The position numbers and the translations under genes are program-made. 64,000 nucleotides of DNA from Eledone cirrhosa. Taxonomy: Eukaryota. Below are positions 1 through 13,976 of this stretch, piece by piece (the first letter of the stretch is position 1; each line of letters opens with the position of its first letter). The notes below the pieces were generated by a model that had not been told where the DNA came from, ran no database searches, and saw only the letters and a list, made by a program, of their open reading frames with translations. The stretch lies in the NCBI GenBank assembly GCA_964016885.1, contig OZ024741.1:364746001-364810000 (forward strand), given 5' to 3'.

Positions 1-69
1 CAAATAAAGGCAGTACACATAGATACACAGACACACGCTCACCCCCCCCCCCCACACGCACATTTGTAT

Positions 70-393
<324 letters not shown>

Positions 394-1449
394 AAAAGAA
401 AATTTATATATATGTTTATATACCCATGTTTAATACATGCCATTCATATTAAAACTTATCTTCCAGAGACCACACTCACCAAAACTTTAGAATTCAGATG
501 AAATACCACAAATCGAAGAAAAGAACTCTATTCAAAATGCATAAAACCATTTTCGTTATTTGCTATGAAACACCCGTTGAGATACCTTTTAATACAAGAA
601 GCATGCCATTCTTCTGACCTTGCTATATACAATGTAGATTCAGAGGAGAAATATGTTTGAGTTTCATTTAAACAATGTTTAGCGGAATATAATATAGAAT
701 CGATAGGAAGATTCCCTTCCAATGCTACATTGATGGCATTCACTTATTTAGTTTTCTTATTCATATCATCATTCCTCTTCGTAGGGTTATAATCATTAGC
801 TACAAAAGTCACATACGTTTAATCATTATCTTGTCGAAAATTAACAGAACAATGCAAAAAGAGTTTTAATTGAGAGCAAAATTTTCTAAAAAGGTTTTGA
901 AACAATGTTTCGATGTACTGGGAAAACAAAGTTGAACTGGGCCACATGCTGTTAATTTACAAAAGATGTGCTTGAGATGCTATGAAGTTCATGTTTCTTC
1001 TTATGGGTTTTATTAAAGTAAGTGTATGTTAATATGATACTATTGAAGAATTCAAATTAAGATGTATACGTAGTTAACACGATCGATGATTAATCGATAA
1101 TTTCAAAATGTATTTTACTAATTAGAAATTCGGGTGGGCATTTCTGGTTTGTATAAAGCTCTACAGGTATCTAGGCATATTTGAAATGCAATAGAAAAGA
1201 GAAAACTTTCAAATGCTATATGGTCACCATGCTCCTGCTTTTTATCTTTTGAATGCTTCGAGACTAGGTGTATTGAAGTCTTTCATTTACAAGAATGACC
1301 AAGAAAAATTTCTTTGACATTTCTGATATTGAAAGATTCTTCTAAGGAAAGTATATATTTATTAGAAAACAGAAGTATAGAATAATAAAAGTATATGAAA
1401 ACCATTAAAATGGTAAAGAGGAAGAGAGAAAAGTGGTAAAAAGGTGGGC

Positions 1450-1800
1450 CATGTATGTAAAATTAAACAGCGAAAAAAGGAGACAAACTTTACACTATTG
1501 GCTGGATGGTATATCGAAGCTATGCCCCGTGGTCAACATGAAGAAAGTATTGCCGCGGAGAAGACTCAGTGGCACCCGCTGCATCAGCCATTTCACTTCA
1601 CATGGCCCTTTCTTCAGTGTTCAGTGTGTCTGTGGGAAGGGTGCTGCATTCCTCCTGATCTTACAAAGGAAATTGTTAGTTATGGGACCGAGAACACTTA
1701 AGATATCGGTTGCAACCGGCACAAAAAAGGACGCGGTCAGTCAAATCTCGACATTTGCATTTTCCTGCTCCTTGTGTCTGAATTATGTTTAACCAAAAGA
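1450..1800 (-). mobile_element. Degenerate 3' fragment of a CRE-like non-LTR retrotransposon (restriction-like endonuclease C-terminus)
   Basis: Minus-strand reading through stops: FFVPVATDILSVLGPITNNFL...WLMQRVPLSLLRGN, resembling the RLE tail of the CRE copy at 23 kb (FAVLSLAVESSGVLGP). Confidence 0.55.
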
Positions 1801-2109
1801 CTCATGAAATATTCCTTGAATCAAAATGTGGAGGTAAAATACGCAATATACTCTTGGATATCTTTCATGGAGTCCTGGTGAGGATGGATATGATGTGAAT
1901 GACTGATTTGGTGGTTTGATGTTGCAGGCTTGGTGGTTGAAAGTGAAGCAAGATATTTTACCTGGAAAAGAGGATGGCTGGAGTTTTACGATGGAAGCTT
2001 TACGTGCGAACATCTATTGCTGATAAAATTATTGTTGTTGGTGTCGTCGTTGTTGATATAGTGTTATTGTAAGTGTTGTCGTTGTTGTTGATATGGTGTT
2101 ATTGTAAGG

Positions 2110-3820
2110 ACGAAGTCCAACCTGTCCCAGTGGGAGAACAGCAACTCCGTTATTAAGTGGTTTAACTCCTTCAACTCCAAAAAGCGAAGTTCACATAATT
2201 CGACATTGTGGATTTTTACCCGTCGATCCCAGATACCCTGTTAAACAAAGCGTTGGACTTTGCTACCACTTACACTACCGTCCATAGTTTAGACAGGGAG
2301 ATCATCGCACACTGTCGGAAAACCCTCCTTTTCAACAACGATGTAACCTGGACAAAGGAGTCAACCACTTCACAGCTATTCGACGTCTCCATGGGATCGT
2401 TCGACAGTGCTGACGTATGCGACTTGGTTGGCTTATTTATTTTAGATATATTATGTGTTAGGTTCCCGGACTTCCACACGGGAATATACCGCGACGATGG
2501 TCTGACCTTATCCAGCCATAAAAGTGGTCACGACCTGGATCGGTTTAAAAAAGATTTAATTTCAACTTTTAATGCGTTAGGACTTAGGATAACGGTAGCT
2601 ACCAACCTCTCTAGCGTAGATTTCTTAGACATTAATTTAGACCTTCGCACACATACCTGCAGACCTTTCCATAAACTAAACGAAAAACTTAATTACATAC
2701 ACAAGGACTCATGCCACCCTCCTACTGTTTTTAGAAACTTCATAAATAATATCAGCACTAGAATCTCTAACCTCTCCTCTAATAAAGCAATCTTTGACAG
2801 AGCGGCCCCCTACTACAACAGGGCGTTAGCTTCTCACAACGAATTACTTACTCCCCTGCTAACACCAACAGCAATAAGAAAAGAAATCGTACCAAAAGAC
2901 AAACTATCTGGTTCTCTCCTCCCTTTCCACTCAACGTTAAAACTAATGCAGGAAAAAATGTTTTAGCCCTCTTAGATAGACACTTTCCTATAGGTCACAA
3001 GTACCGCTCCATTTTTAACAGACACAGAGTAAAATTAGGGTACTCCTGCGTTAAGAATATTAAGGCTCACATCACCAACAGTCCTAAGAGCAGCACCCTA
3101 CCAGGATGCTCTTGCTGAAAGCCTGAAGCTTGTCCCCTCCAACAACAATGCAACACACCTGCTGTACTTTATGAAGCTGTAGTTTATATCACTTCCAACC
3201 GACCAAATCAACCACAGGATGTCAAATCCTATGTAGGTATGGCGAATGACCGATCTAAGAAACGCTTCCTGAACCACCAGTCGACCTTTAGGTACCCACA
3301 CAAACGATCATCCACGAAGTTCGCGAGCCACGTATGGTCCCTCAAAGACTCAGTTATAGACCACCCCATTCATTGGAAAGCCATCACTAAGTCCAAGCCA
3401 TACACAAGGACGCAAGGGGTAATCCGTCTTGTGGACTGTGTACTGAAGAAAGGATAAATATTCTAAGGAGATTACGCAATAGCGATTGCCTAGATTCAAG
3501 AAATGAAATTTTCTCACGATGTCCACACATCTGGAAACACCTCTTGCATAACTATAAATCTCCGGATTGAATAACAGCAACATTCTAGTATTCTAATGAA
3601 CTCGAACAATTTATTCTGGACGTTCGCAGTTATCCCCCTTACAGCTTTCGCCCGTTGTTTTGTTCCGCTTGAGCGAAGTGAGCGTTTCTGCGAATGCGCG
3701 TTCATACGGTTGTTCCTCCTTTTCCTGTTCCGTATAACCATTACCAGAGTCCGAGCTGAGGATCCGCATAAGGTGAAACAATTGTTCTCGGTATGGTGAA
3801 CTGACTGTTGTGTTACTACT
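2110..3820 (+). mobile_element. 5'-truncated, frameshifted Penelope-like element (Naiad-type): RT + GIY-YIG + 3' HHR
   Basis: ORF 2208-2966 has DFYPSI, FDVSMGSFDSADVCDLVG, YRDDG. Downstream frames give CSC*KPEACPLQQQC..VLYEA..SYVG..KKRFLNHQSTF, CGLC and CPH. Ends in an HHR followed by (TA)n. Confidence 0.9.
3751..3791 (+). ncRNA. Minimal type I hammerhead ribozyme
   Basis: CCGAG CTGAGGA tCCgcataaGGt GAAA CAATTG TT CTCGG; palindromic stem III. Confidence 0.85.
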
Positions 3821-4491
<671 letters not shown>

Positions 4492-4525
4492 AATAGGGAG
4501 AAACAAAGCCTGCTTTGTGTCTCCC

Positions 4526-4575
<50 letters not shown>

Positions 4576-4644
4576 AAAGTGAGGTGAAATCGAAAATGCA
4601 ACTGGAGTCTTATTTAAAAAAAATATATATATATTTATTTGGTT

Positions 4645-4682
4645 CCTTTACCGGTTTCGCAGTTCTTCTGCTTTTCAAAAGG
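4645..4682 (-). ncRNA. Minimal HHR, U3-A8 core variant (inverted copy)
   Basis: Reverse complement of 7430-7467. Confidence 0.7.
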
Positions 4683-6281
4683 TGAGTTGAGATGGAGGCT
4701 CTGTGGTTTTTCTCACATCTGGTTGGTCTCTGAATGTTACTTGTTTTATATGGAAAAAGTGGCTCGAAATGCCAGGTTTTTTGAGAAGTAATTTGATTGG
4801 TTTGTCAATAATTATGATAAATTTCGCATCAATAACCACATCCAATTCACAATGGAATGCAGCCAAGATCAACTCCCATTTCTGAACATCTTAATCACAA
4901 AAAAAGACACAAATATCGAAACTGACATACACTACAAACCAACAGATTCCAAACAATATCTGCTATTCACCTCCAACCATCCAAAGCACACGAAGACGAG
5001 CATTCCTTTTAACCTAGCAAGAAGAATTTGCACAATTGTCTCCAATTATGAAACGCAAAATAAAAGACTTCAAGAATTAAAGGAAATTCTACTCGAGAGA
5101 GAGTACCCACTATTACTAATAAATAATGGAATAGAAAGGGCTAAAGCAATAGGCATTGATGAATTATGGAAACGGAAACAAATTCAAGGTACGTCCAATA
5201 TTCTATCATATATCTCAACACACAACCCCAGAAATGCGGAATCTTACAACACTATTCACAATAACATCCCACTACTAAAACAAAACCCAAGAATGAAAAA
5301 AGCCCTTGAAACACACAAAATAATCAAAAGCAAAAGACAACCAAAATCACTGAAAACATTACTCACCAATGCCAAATTACCTACCACAAACCCACAACCA
5401 AGTATCAAAAAATGTGGTCGCTCTAATTGTGGAACCTGCACTCACCTCATTGAAAGCAACACGTATACATTTAAATCAGGACAAAATTTTACTGTAAAGA
5501 ATCACTTCACTTGCTCATCAAAAAATCTAATTTATGCCATTAAATGTAAAGGATGCAATGAAGATTATATAGGACAAACTAAACTCACACTCAGAAACAG
5601 AATGACAGTTCATCGCCAACAATTACGAGATCCAACCACGAGACAGATACCACTAAGTGCACATCTAGACATTTGCGCAAGTAATAAGACACCCAAATTC
5701 CAAGTCTTCCCATTTTACCTTTGCGCTAACAATACAACAGAACAAATTTCAAATAAATAAGGAAAATATGTTTATTCAAAAATATAGACCAACATTAAAT
5801 ATGGTTTAATATACATTATGTCAACACCATAATCTGACATACACACACACACATAACACCTTCTACTTTAGAAAATAAAAACCCGAACTAAATAAACCTT
5901 AACATACGTTTGCACTGACAATACAACAGCAAATACGAATAAGTAAGGAAAATATGTTCATTCAAAAATATTCCTACTAAAGGAATCACTTTCCTACACA
6001 CACACATACACACACACACAATATATATATATATATTCTCTTCATCTTAACATGCTAACCATACTCCCACACACATAACACCCATACACACACATAACAA
6101 CCCCCACACCCACAACTCCCTCCCTATTTCTACTAATAGAACCACTTTCCTACACACATATATATACACACACAAAATATATATTCTCTCCATCTTAACA
6201 TACTCGCACACACACACATAACACCCATATACACACACACACAACTCCCTCCCCCATTTCTACTAATAGAATCATCTTCCA

Positions 6282-6345
<64 letters not shown>

Positions 6346-6843
6346 ACACACAAGCACACAAATAAACATACATATCTTCACTTCAATAGAAAATCTGAAC
6401 TCTGACACCCCAGCGAACTAACCATATTCACTGAACCAGAACAATTCTCCCAATCCCATTTCTCTTGACCACTATCTTTCCATTGTCATAACATTCGCTA
6501 TAAAGGCTACAGAATAGTTTTCCAAATAAGGGCGCAAAAATGTAATGAAAACTTGTTCACGTGACAGCCAAATTTCATTTATAACCAATCAAATCACGTT
6601 TATTAAAAAAAAGCCTTCGTGAGCCACCTTTTTTTTAAAGTAAAGAAATTCAAACACACACACACACAACACACACACACACACACACGCGCACACACAC
6701 AAGCACACAAATAAACATAAATAACTTTACTTTCTTTATTCAATAGAAAATCTGAATTCTGACACCCCAGCGAACTAACCATATTCACTGAACCAGAACA
6801 ATTCTCCCATCCCTTTCTCTTGACCATTATCTTTCACTTATCA

Positions 6844-7029
6844 GGGTGGTGGATTGGCAGTATCGGTAGAGGGTCGGACGCCATGCTTTCCAGCATAGTT
6901 ACGTCCCTTTACGATCTGAGTTCAAATCCCGCCGAGGTTGACTTTGCCTTTCATCCTTACGGGGTCGATAAAATAAAGTACCAGTAATGCACTGGGTAAT
7001 TGCTGGCCTTGTGCCTAAAAGTAGAAACA
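6844..7029 (+). mobile_element. tRNA-derived SINE with 18-bp target-site duplication
   Basis: A-box-like TGGCAGTATCGG and B-box GAGTTCAAATCCC; TSD ATTATCTTTCACTTATCA at 6826-6843 and 7030-7047. Confidence 0.85.
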
Positions 7030-7429
7030 ATTATCTTTCACTTATCAAAAAATTCTCTAAAAAGGCTACAGAATGGATTTCCAAATAAGGGCACAAAAAT
7101 TTTATGAAAACTTGTTCACGTGACAGCCATAATTTCATTTATAACCAACCGAAAAAAAAAAAAAAAAAAGCCTTCGTGAGCCTCCTTTTTTCAAGTAAAA
7201 AGAAATTCAAACACTCATATATGAAAGAAACAACCTGTGACAATCCCCCCTCTTATTTGAAGAACTATTGTAACGCGAACTGGCGCGAAATTTATTATAA
7301 TTATTGACAAACCAATCAAATTACTTCTCAAAAAACCTGGCATTTCGAGCCACTTTTTCAATATAAAACAAGTAGCATTCAGAGACCAACCAGATGTGAG
7401 AAAAACCACAGACCCTCCATCTCAACTCA

Positions 7430-7467
7430 CCTTTTGAAAAGCAGAAGAACTGCGAAACCGGTAAAGG
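7430..7467 (+). ncRNA. Minimal HHR, U3-A8 core variant
   Basis: CCTT TTGAAAA GCAGaagaaCTGC GAAA CCGG TA AAGG. Confidence 0.7.
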
Positions 7468-7598
7468 AACCAAATAAATATATATATTTAAAAAAAAAAT
7501 AAGACTCTAGTTGCATTTTCGATTTCATCTCTTTTTCTTTATACTTTCACTCGTGTAGGACACCTCGGTTATTTTTCATTTTGTAAAAAACACCTCAC

Positions 7599-7659
<61 letters not shown>

Positions 7660-7662
<3 letters not shown>

Positions 7663-8017
7663 CAAGCTTTAGCAAATAAGGAAAAAGTTTCAAAATAAAT
7701 TAAAAAAAATTAACATTACTTACTATAGTTACCTTTACCGAATCGGTTTCGAATCTCAAAAATAAACGGAGTCCATACGGTCTTCGTTGCAAAGAAAGAT
7801 TCTCGTCAGAAGGTTCTTTACATTCGAAGAATATAAAATTCTCGAACTTAAATTACAAACTGGCGCTATTCAAAATTGTTCCCGAGATGAGAGTAAATAA
7901 TAGTGGAATCAATTTTTTCAAGGGCCGAGTGAAAAGATAGAGGCAGAGGCAGGGAGGTCAATCGGCTACCGCTATAACTAGCAGCAGTCAGAACGACCAA
8001 ATTTTTTCTCAACACAC

Positions 8018-8091
<74 letters not shown>

Positions 8092-8868
8092 GTTTAGCAA
8101 ATAATGAAAAAGTTTCAAAATAAATTAAAAAAAATTGACTTTACTTACTATAGTTACCTTTACCGAATCGGTTTCGAATCTCAAAAATAAACAGAGACCA
8201 TACGGCCTTCGTTGCAAAGAAAGATTCTCGTCAGAAGGTTCTTTTCATTCGAAGAATATAAAATTCTTGAATTTAAATTACGAACTAGCGCTATCCAAAA
8301 CTGTTCCCGAGATGAGAGTAAATGAAGTGGAATCAATTTTTTCAAGGGCCGAAGTAAAGATAGAGGCAGAGGGAGGTAGGTCAAACGGCCACCACTATCA
8401 CTAGCAGCAGTCGGAACGACCAAATTTTTTCTCAACATAGAGGAGAAGTGTAATAATAGGATATGTCTTCCTACACGCACAAAGCGCTAAGGGACACATG
8501 TATTGTCCAACCATATGCCAATGTGGTTCAATGGCAGGTTAATAAATTAACGAGCCAGAACATATATAATCAGGTTCAGCAAATAATGAAAAAGTTTCAA
8601 AATAAATTTTAAAAAATTGACTTTACTTACTATAGTTACCTTTACCGAATCGGTTTCGAATCTCAAAAATAAACGGAGACTATACGGCCTTCGTTGCAAA
8701 GAAAGATTCTCGTCAGAAGGTTCTTTTCATTCGAAGAATATAAAATTCTTGAATTTAAATTACGAACTAGCGCTATCCAAAACTGTTCCCGAGATGAGAG
8801 TAAATGAAGTGGAATCAATTTTTTCAAGGGCCGAGTAAAGATAGAGGCAGAGGCAGGCAGGTCAGTCG

Positions 8869-8870
<2 letters not shown>
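7660..8870 (-). mobile_element. About 480-bp non-coding tandem repeat (3 copies, two partial) with one HHR each; retrozyme/pLTR-like
   Basis: Units start near 7660, 8088 and 8568. HHRs at 7731-7814, 8156-8239 and 8638-8721: ACCTT CTGACGA GAATCT-loop-AGATTC GAAA CCGAtTCGG TA AAGGT. Confidence 0.85.
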
Positions 8871-8937
<67 letters not shown>

Positions 8938-8941
<4 letters not shown>

Positions 8942-11900
8942 AGAAACACAGTAAACCGTGTGTCTAAAATTACAAGGGTTGAAAAACCACATTTGTTTGA
9001 AATATTTAACCAAGAAGCAGACAGAATGATAAAATATACAAACCGCCTCAATAACCATTATATCTCTCGGACAGATTATCCCTAATCTGTTTCGCCCTGA
9101 GTGTGTTTGTAACAGATAATCCTGGGCTTCATCAGCGAGAGATTCTGATTAAATGCCACAAACACTATTTGCCAACGTTAACACAGAAAGATGAATTTGT
9201 CACCTCGTGCTCCGCTAGTCAAACGTGGTAAGCGTGTATTGAATAGAAATAGAAATAACAGTCAACACACACAACTTAATAAGCTCAACTTGTGAGGGAG
9301 CAGAAATATATATATGAAAATTAGAGCTAACACTCAATTGGAACCCTGCAACTATTAAGCTCCAAGTATAAATACTGAGCTGAATATAATATATAGTAAG
9401 AAACACAGTAAACCGTGTGTCTAAAATTACAAGGGTTGAAAAACCACATTTGTTTGAAATATTTAACCAAGAAGCAGACAGAATGATAAAATATACAAAC
9501 CGCCTCAATAACCATTATATCTCTCGGACAGATTATCCCTAATCTGTTTCGCCCTGAGTGTGTTTGTAACAGATAATCCTGGGCTTCATCAGCGAGAGAT
9601 TCTGATTAAATGCCACAAACACTATTTGCCAACGTTAACACAGAAAGATGAATTTGTCACCTCGTGCTCCGCTAGTCAAACGTGGTAAGCGTGTATTGAA
9701 TAGAAATAGAAATAACAGTCAACACACACAACTTAATAAGCTCAACTTGTGAGGGAGCAGAAATATATATATGAAAATTAGAGCTAACACTCAATTGGAA
9801 CCCTGCAACTATTAAGCTCCAAGTATAAATACTGAGCTGAATATAATATATAGTAAGAAACACAGTAAACCGTGTGTCTAAAATTACAAGGGTTGAAAAA
9901 CCACATTTGTTTGAAATATTTAACCAAGAAGCAGACAGAATGATAAAATATACAAACCGCCTCAATAACCATTATATCTCTCGGACAGATTATCCCTAAT
10001 CTGTTTCGCCCTGAGTGTGTTTGTAACAGATAATCCTGGGCTTCATCAGCGAGAGATTCTGATTAAATGCCACAAACACTATTTGCCAACGTTAACACAG
10101 AAAGATGAATTTGTCACCTCGTGCTCCGCTAGTCAAACGTGGTAAGCGTGTATTGAATAGAAATAGAAATAACAGTCAACACACACAACTTAATAAGCTC
10201 AACTTGTGAGGGAGCAGAAATATATATATGAAAATTAGAGCTAACACTCAATTGGAACCCTGCAACTATTAAGCTCCAAGTATAAATACTGAGCTGAATA
10301 TAATATATAGTAAGAAACACAGTAAACCGTGTGTCTAAAATTACAAGGGTTGAAAAACCACATTTGTTTGAAATATTTAACCAAGAAGCAGACAGAATGA
10401 TAAAATATACAAACCGCCTCAATAACCATTATATCTCTCGGACAGATTATCCCTAATCTGTTTCGCCCTGAGTGTGTTTGTAACAGATAATCCTGGGCTT
10501 CATCAGCGAGAGATTCTGATTAAATGCCACAAACACTATTTGCCAACGTTAACACAGAAAGATGAATTTGTCACCTCGTGCTCCGCTAGTCAAACGTGGT
10601 AAGCGTGTATTGAATAGAAATAGAAATAACAGTCAACACACACAACTTAATAAGCTCAACTTGTGAGGGAGCAGAAATATATATATGAAAATTAGAGCTA
10701 ACACTCAATTGGAACCCTGCAACTATTAAGCTCCAAGTATAAATACTGAGCTGAATATAATATATAGTAAGAAACACAGTAAACCGTGTGTCTAAAATTA
10801 CAAGGGTTGAAAAACCACATTTGTTTGAAATATTTAACCAAGAAGCAGACAGAATGATAAAATATACAAACCGCCTCAATAACCATTATATCTCTCGGAC
10901 AGATTATCCCTAATCTGTTTCGCCCTGAGTGTGTTTGTAACAGATAATCCTGGGCTTCATCAGCGAGAGATTCTGATTAAATGCCACAAACACTATTTGC
11001 CAACGTTAACACAGAAAGATGAATTTGTCACCTCGTGCTCCGCTAGTCAAACGTGGTAAGCGTGTATTGAATAGAAATAGAAATAACAGTCAACACACAC
11101 AACTTAATAAGCTCAACTTGTGAGGGAGCAGAAATATATATATGAAAATTAGAGCTAACACTCAATTGGAACCCTGCAACTATTAAGCTCCAAGTATAAA
11201 TACTGAGCTGAATATAATATATAGTAAGAAACACAGTAAACCGTGTGTCTAAAATTACAAGGGTTGAAAAACCACATTTGTTTGAAATATTTAACCAAGA
11301 AGCAGACAGAATGATAAAATATACAAACCGCCTCAATAACCATTATATCTCTCGGACAGATTATCCCTAATCTGTTTCGCCCTGAGTGTGTTTGTAACAG
11401 ATAATCCTGGGCTTCATCAGCGAGAGATTCTGATTAAATGCCACAAACACTATTTGCCAACGTTAACACAGAAAGATGAATTTGTCACCTCGTGCTCCGC
11501 TAGTCAAACGTGGTAAGCGTGTATTGAATAGAAATAGAAATAACAGTCAACACACACAACTTAATAAGCTCAACTTGTGAGGGAGCAGAAATATATATAT
11601 GAAAATTAGAGCTAACACTCAATTGGAACCCTGCAACTATTAAGCTCCAAGTATAAATACTGAGCTGAATATAATATATAGTAAGAAACACAGTAAACCG
11701 TGTGTCTAAAATTACAAGGGTTGAAAAACCACATTTGTTTGAAATATTTAACCAAGAAGCAGACAGAATGATAAAATATACAAACCGCCTCAATAACCAT
11801 TATATCTCTCGGACAGATTATCCCTAATCTGTTTCGCCCTGAGTGTGTTTGTAACAGATAATCCTGGGCTTCATCAGCGAGAGATTCTGATTAAATGCCA

Positions 11901-12211
11901 CAAACACTATTTGCCAACGTTCACACAGAAAGATGAATTTGTCACCTCGTGCTCCGCTAGTCAAACGTGGTAAGCGTGTATTGAATAGAAATAGAAATAA
12001 CAGTCAACACATACAACTTAATAAGCTCAACTTGTGAGGGAGCAGAAATATATATATGAAAATTAGAGTTATCACTCAATTGGAACCCTGCAACTATTAA
12101 GCTCCAAGTATAAATACTGAGCTGAATATAATATATAGTAAGAAACACAGTAAACCGTGTGTCTACAAGGGTTAAAAAACCACATTTGTTTGAAATATTT
12201 AACCAAGAAGC

Positions 12212-12215
<4 letters not shown>
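8938..12215 (-). mobile_element. Tandem array of about 7.2 x 457-bp units, each with a type I HHR (retrozyme-like)
   Basis: Exact 457-bp period; HHRs begin at 9062, 9519, 9976, 10433, 10890, 11347 and 11804; (TA)n on both sides. Confidence 0.92.
9062..9143 (-). ncRNA. Type I hammerhead ribozyme (first of 7 copies)
   Basis: ATCTCTCG CTGATGA aGCCC-loop-GGGC GAAA CAGATTAgggaTAATCTG TC CGAGAGAT; predicted GUC cleavage between 9070 and 9069. Confidence 0.92.
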
Positions 12216-12310
<95 letters not shown>

Positions 12311-13826
12311 ATAAATAGCTTAGAGTTTAGACTCAGAGAGGTCATTTACAATCATTTCAGCTCTAGGAATCGCTTCTGAGCAGTATAAATTAATATTTGA
12401 TGAACATTTACATGTTATAGTTGCAATTGACTAATAAGATCGCTAGAGTGAAAAATCTTAATTCAACAACATAAGGTCTGCCTGTACGATCTAGAAAATA
12501 ATAAATCAATACTCACAGACTCATATGGGCAAAAGGCCTTGGTACCTAGACACGTTTAAAATTCAAAATACAAACTTTTTCCGCAGATCGGTCAGGCAGA
12601 CCTTATGTTGTTGAATTAAGATTTTTCACTCTAGCGATCTTATTAGTCAATTGCAACTATAACATGTAAATGTTCATCAAATATTAATTTATACTGCTCA
12701 GAAGCGATTCCTAGAGCTGAAATGATTGTAAATGACCTCTCTGAGTCTAAACTCTAAGCTATTTATCACTGCTCCCCAAGGTGAGCTGAATTTTGTAATC
12801 CCATACAAACGGCTGTTATTTCTAGCACTATGTGTGGGACGTTAGAGGACTGGAATAAGCCGTGTGCAAAACCTCGTGTATTTTCGCTACGCTAACCAGA
12901 CCTTAGATATTTTTCTAAGGTTGAGTTATTTTATTTTTATCTGGGTACCTATTGATAAACACAGAAAAAGTTGATTAACTCACTGCTAATTAGTTAATTA
13001 TTTTACTATTATACCATCCTTTGTGAAACATGTTTGAAGTTTGAAGTTCTGACCGATCTGCGGAAAAAGTTTGTATTTTGAATTTTAAACGTGTCTAGGT
13101 ACCAAGGCTTTTTGCCCATATGAGTCTGTGAGTATTGATTTATTATTTTCTAGATCGTACAGGCAGACCTTATGTTGTTGAATTAAGATTTTTCACTCTA
13201 GCGATCTTATTAGTCAATTGCAACTATAACATGTAAATGTTCATCAAATATTAATTTATACTGCTCAGAAGCGATTCCTAGAGCTGAAATGATTGTAAAT
13301 GACCTCTCTGAGTCTAAACTCTAAGCTATTTATCACTGCTCCCCAAGGTGAGCTGAATTTTGTAATCCCATACAAACGGCTGTTATTTCTAGCACTATGT
13401 GTGGGACGTTAGAGGACTGGAATAAGCCGTGTGCAAAACCTCGTGTATTTTCGCTACGCTAACCAGACCTTAGATATTTTTCTAAGGTTGAGTTATTTTA
13501 TTTTTATCTGGGTACCTATTGATAAACACAGAAAAAGTTGATTAACTCACTGCTAATTAGTTAATTATTTTACTATTATACCATCCTTTGTGAAACATGT
13601 TTGAAGTTTGAAGTTCTGACCGATCTGCGGAAAAAGTTTGTATTTTGAATTTTAAACGTGTCTAGGTACCAAGGCTTTTTGCCCATATGAGTCTGTGAGT
13701 ATTGATTTATTATTTTCTAGATCGTACAGGCAGACCTTATGTTGTTGAATTAAGATTTTTCACTCTAGCGATCTTATTAGTCAATTGCAACTATAACATG
13801 TAAATGTTCATCAAATATTAATTTAT
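12311..13826 (+). mobile_element. 567-bp tandem non-coding element (about 2.2 units) with inverted 5' arm; no canonical HHR
   Basis: Period 567 (AGGCAGACC at 12594, 13161, 13728); 12311-12593 is an inverted copy of part of the unit; (TA)n flanks. Confidence 0.8.
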
Positions 13827-13847
13827 ATATATATATATATATATATA

Positions 13848-13922
13848 GTCTGCTTCTTGGTTAAATATTTCAAACACATGTGTTTTTTTAACCCTTGTAG
13901 ACACACGGTTTACTGTGTTTCT

Positions 13923-13926
<4 letters not shown>
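13848..13926 (+). repeat. Inverted copy of the terminal partial unit of the 457-bp array
   Basis: Reverse complement of about 12137-12215, including its private deletion (GTGTCTACAAGG). Confidence 0.85.

Positions 13927-13970
<44 letters not shown>

Positions 13971-13976
<6 letters not shown>

Larger units (their letters stand above)
4572..7604 (+). mobile_element. 5'-truncated Penelope-like element (Neptune-type) with inverted 3'-end copy
   Basis: ORF 4852-5760 encodes the RT thumb (LPFLNILI..YKPTD..SNHPKH), CGRSNCGTC linker and GIY-YIG (NLIYAIKC..YIGQT..RMTVH). 4572-4828 is the reverse complement of about 7283-7540. (CA)-rich 3' UTR with an internal duplication; (TA)n flanks. Confidence 0.9.

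Noticed and set aside
528-830. Possible host exon (71-aa minus-strand ORF)
   Set aside because: In-frame stop just upstream, no recognisable domain, no supportable splice structure
3116-3118. In-frame TGA in the Naiad Cys motif as possible selenocysteine
   Set aside because: It falls at the Arg position of CxCR (cf. CNCR at 54 kb), consistent with CGA>TGA decay in an already frameshifted copy
9215-12148. Repeated 97-aa and 62-aa ORFs in the 457-bp array
   Set aside because: No recognisable domain and they do not begin at ATG in the sequence; they recur only because the unit repeats
8938-12215. CRISPR-like or plain satellite interpretation of the array
   Set aside because: No unique spacers or cas genes, eukaryotic context; the HHR and inverted end point to a retro-origin
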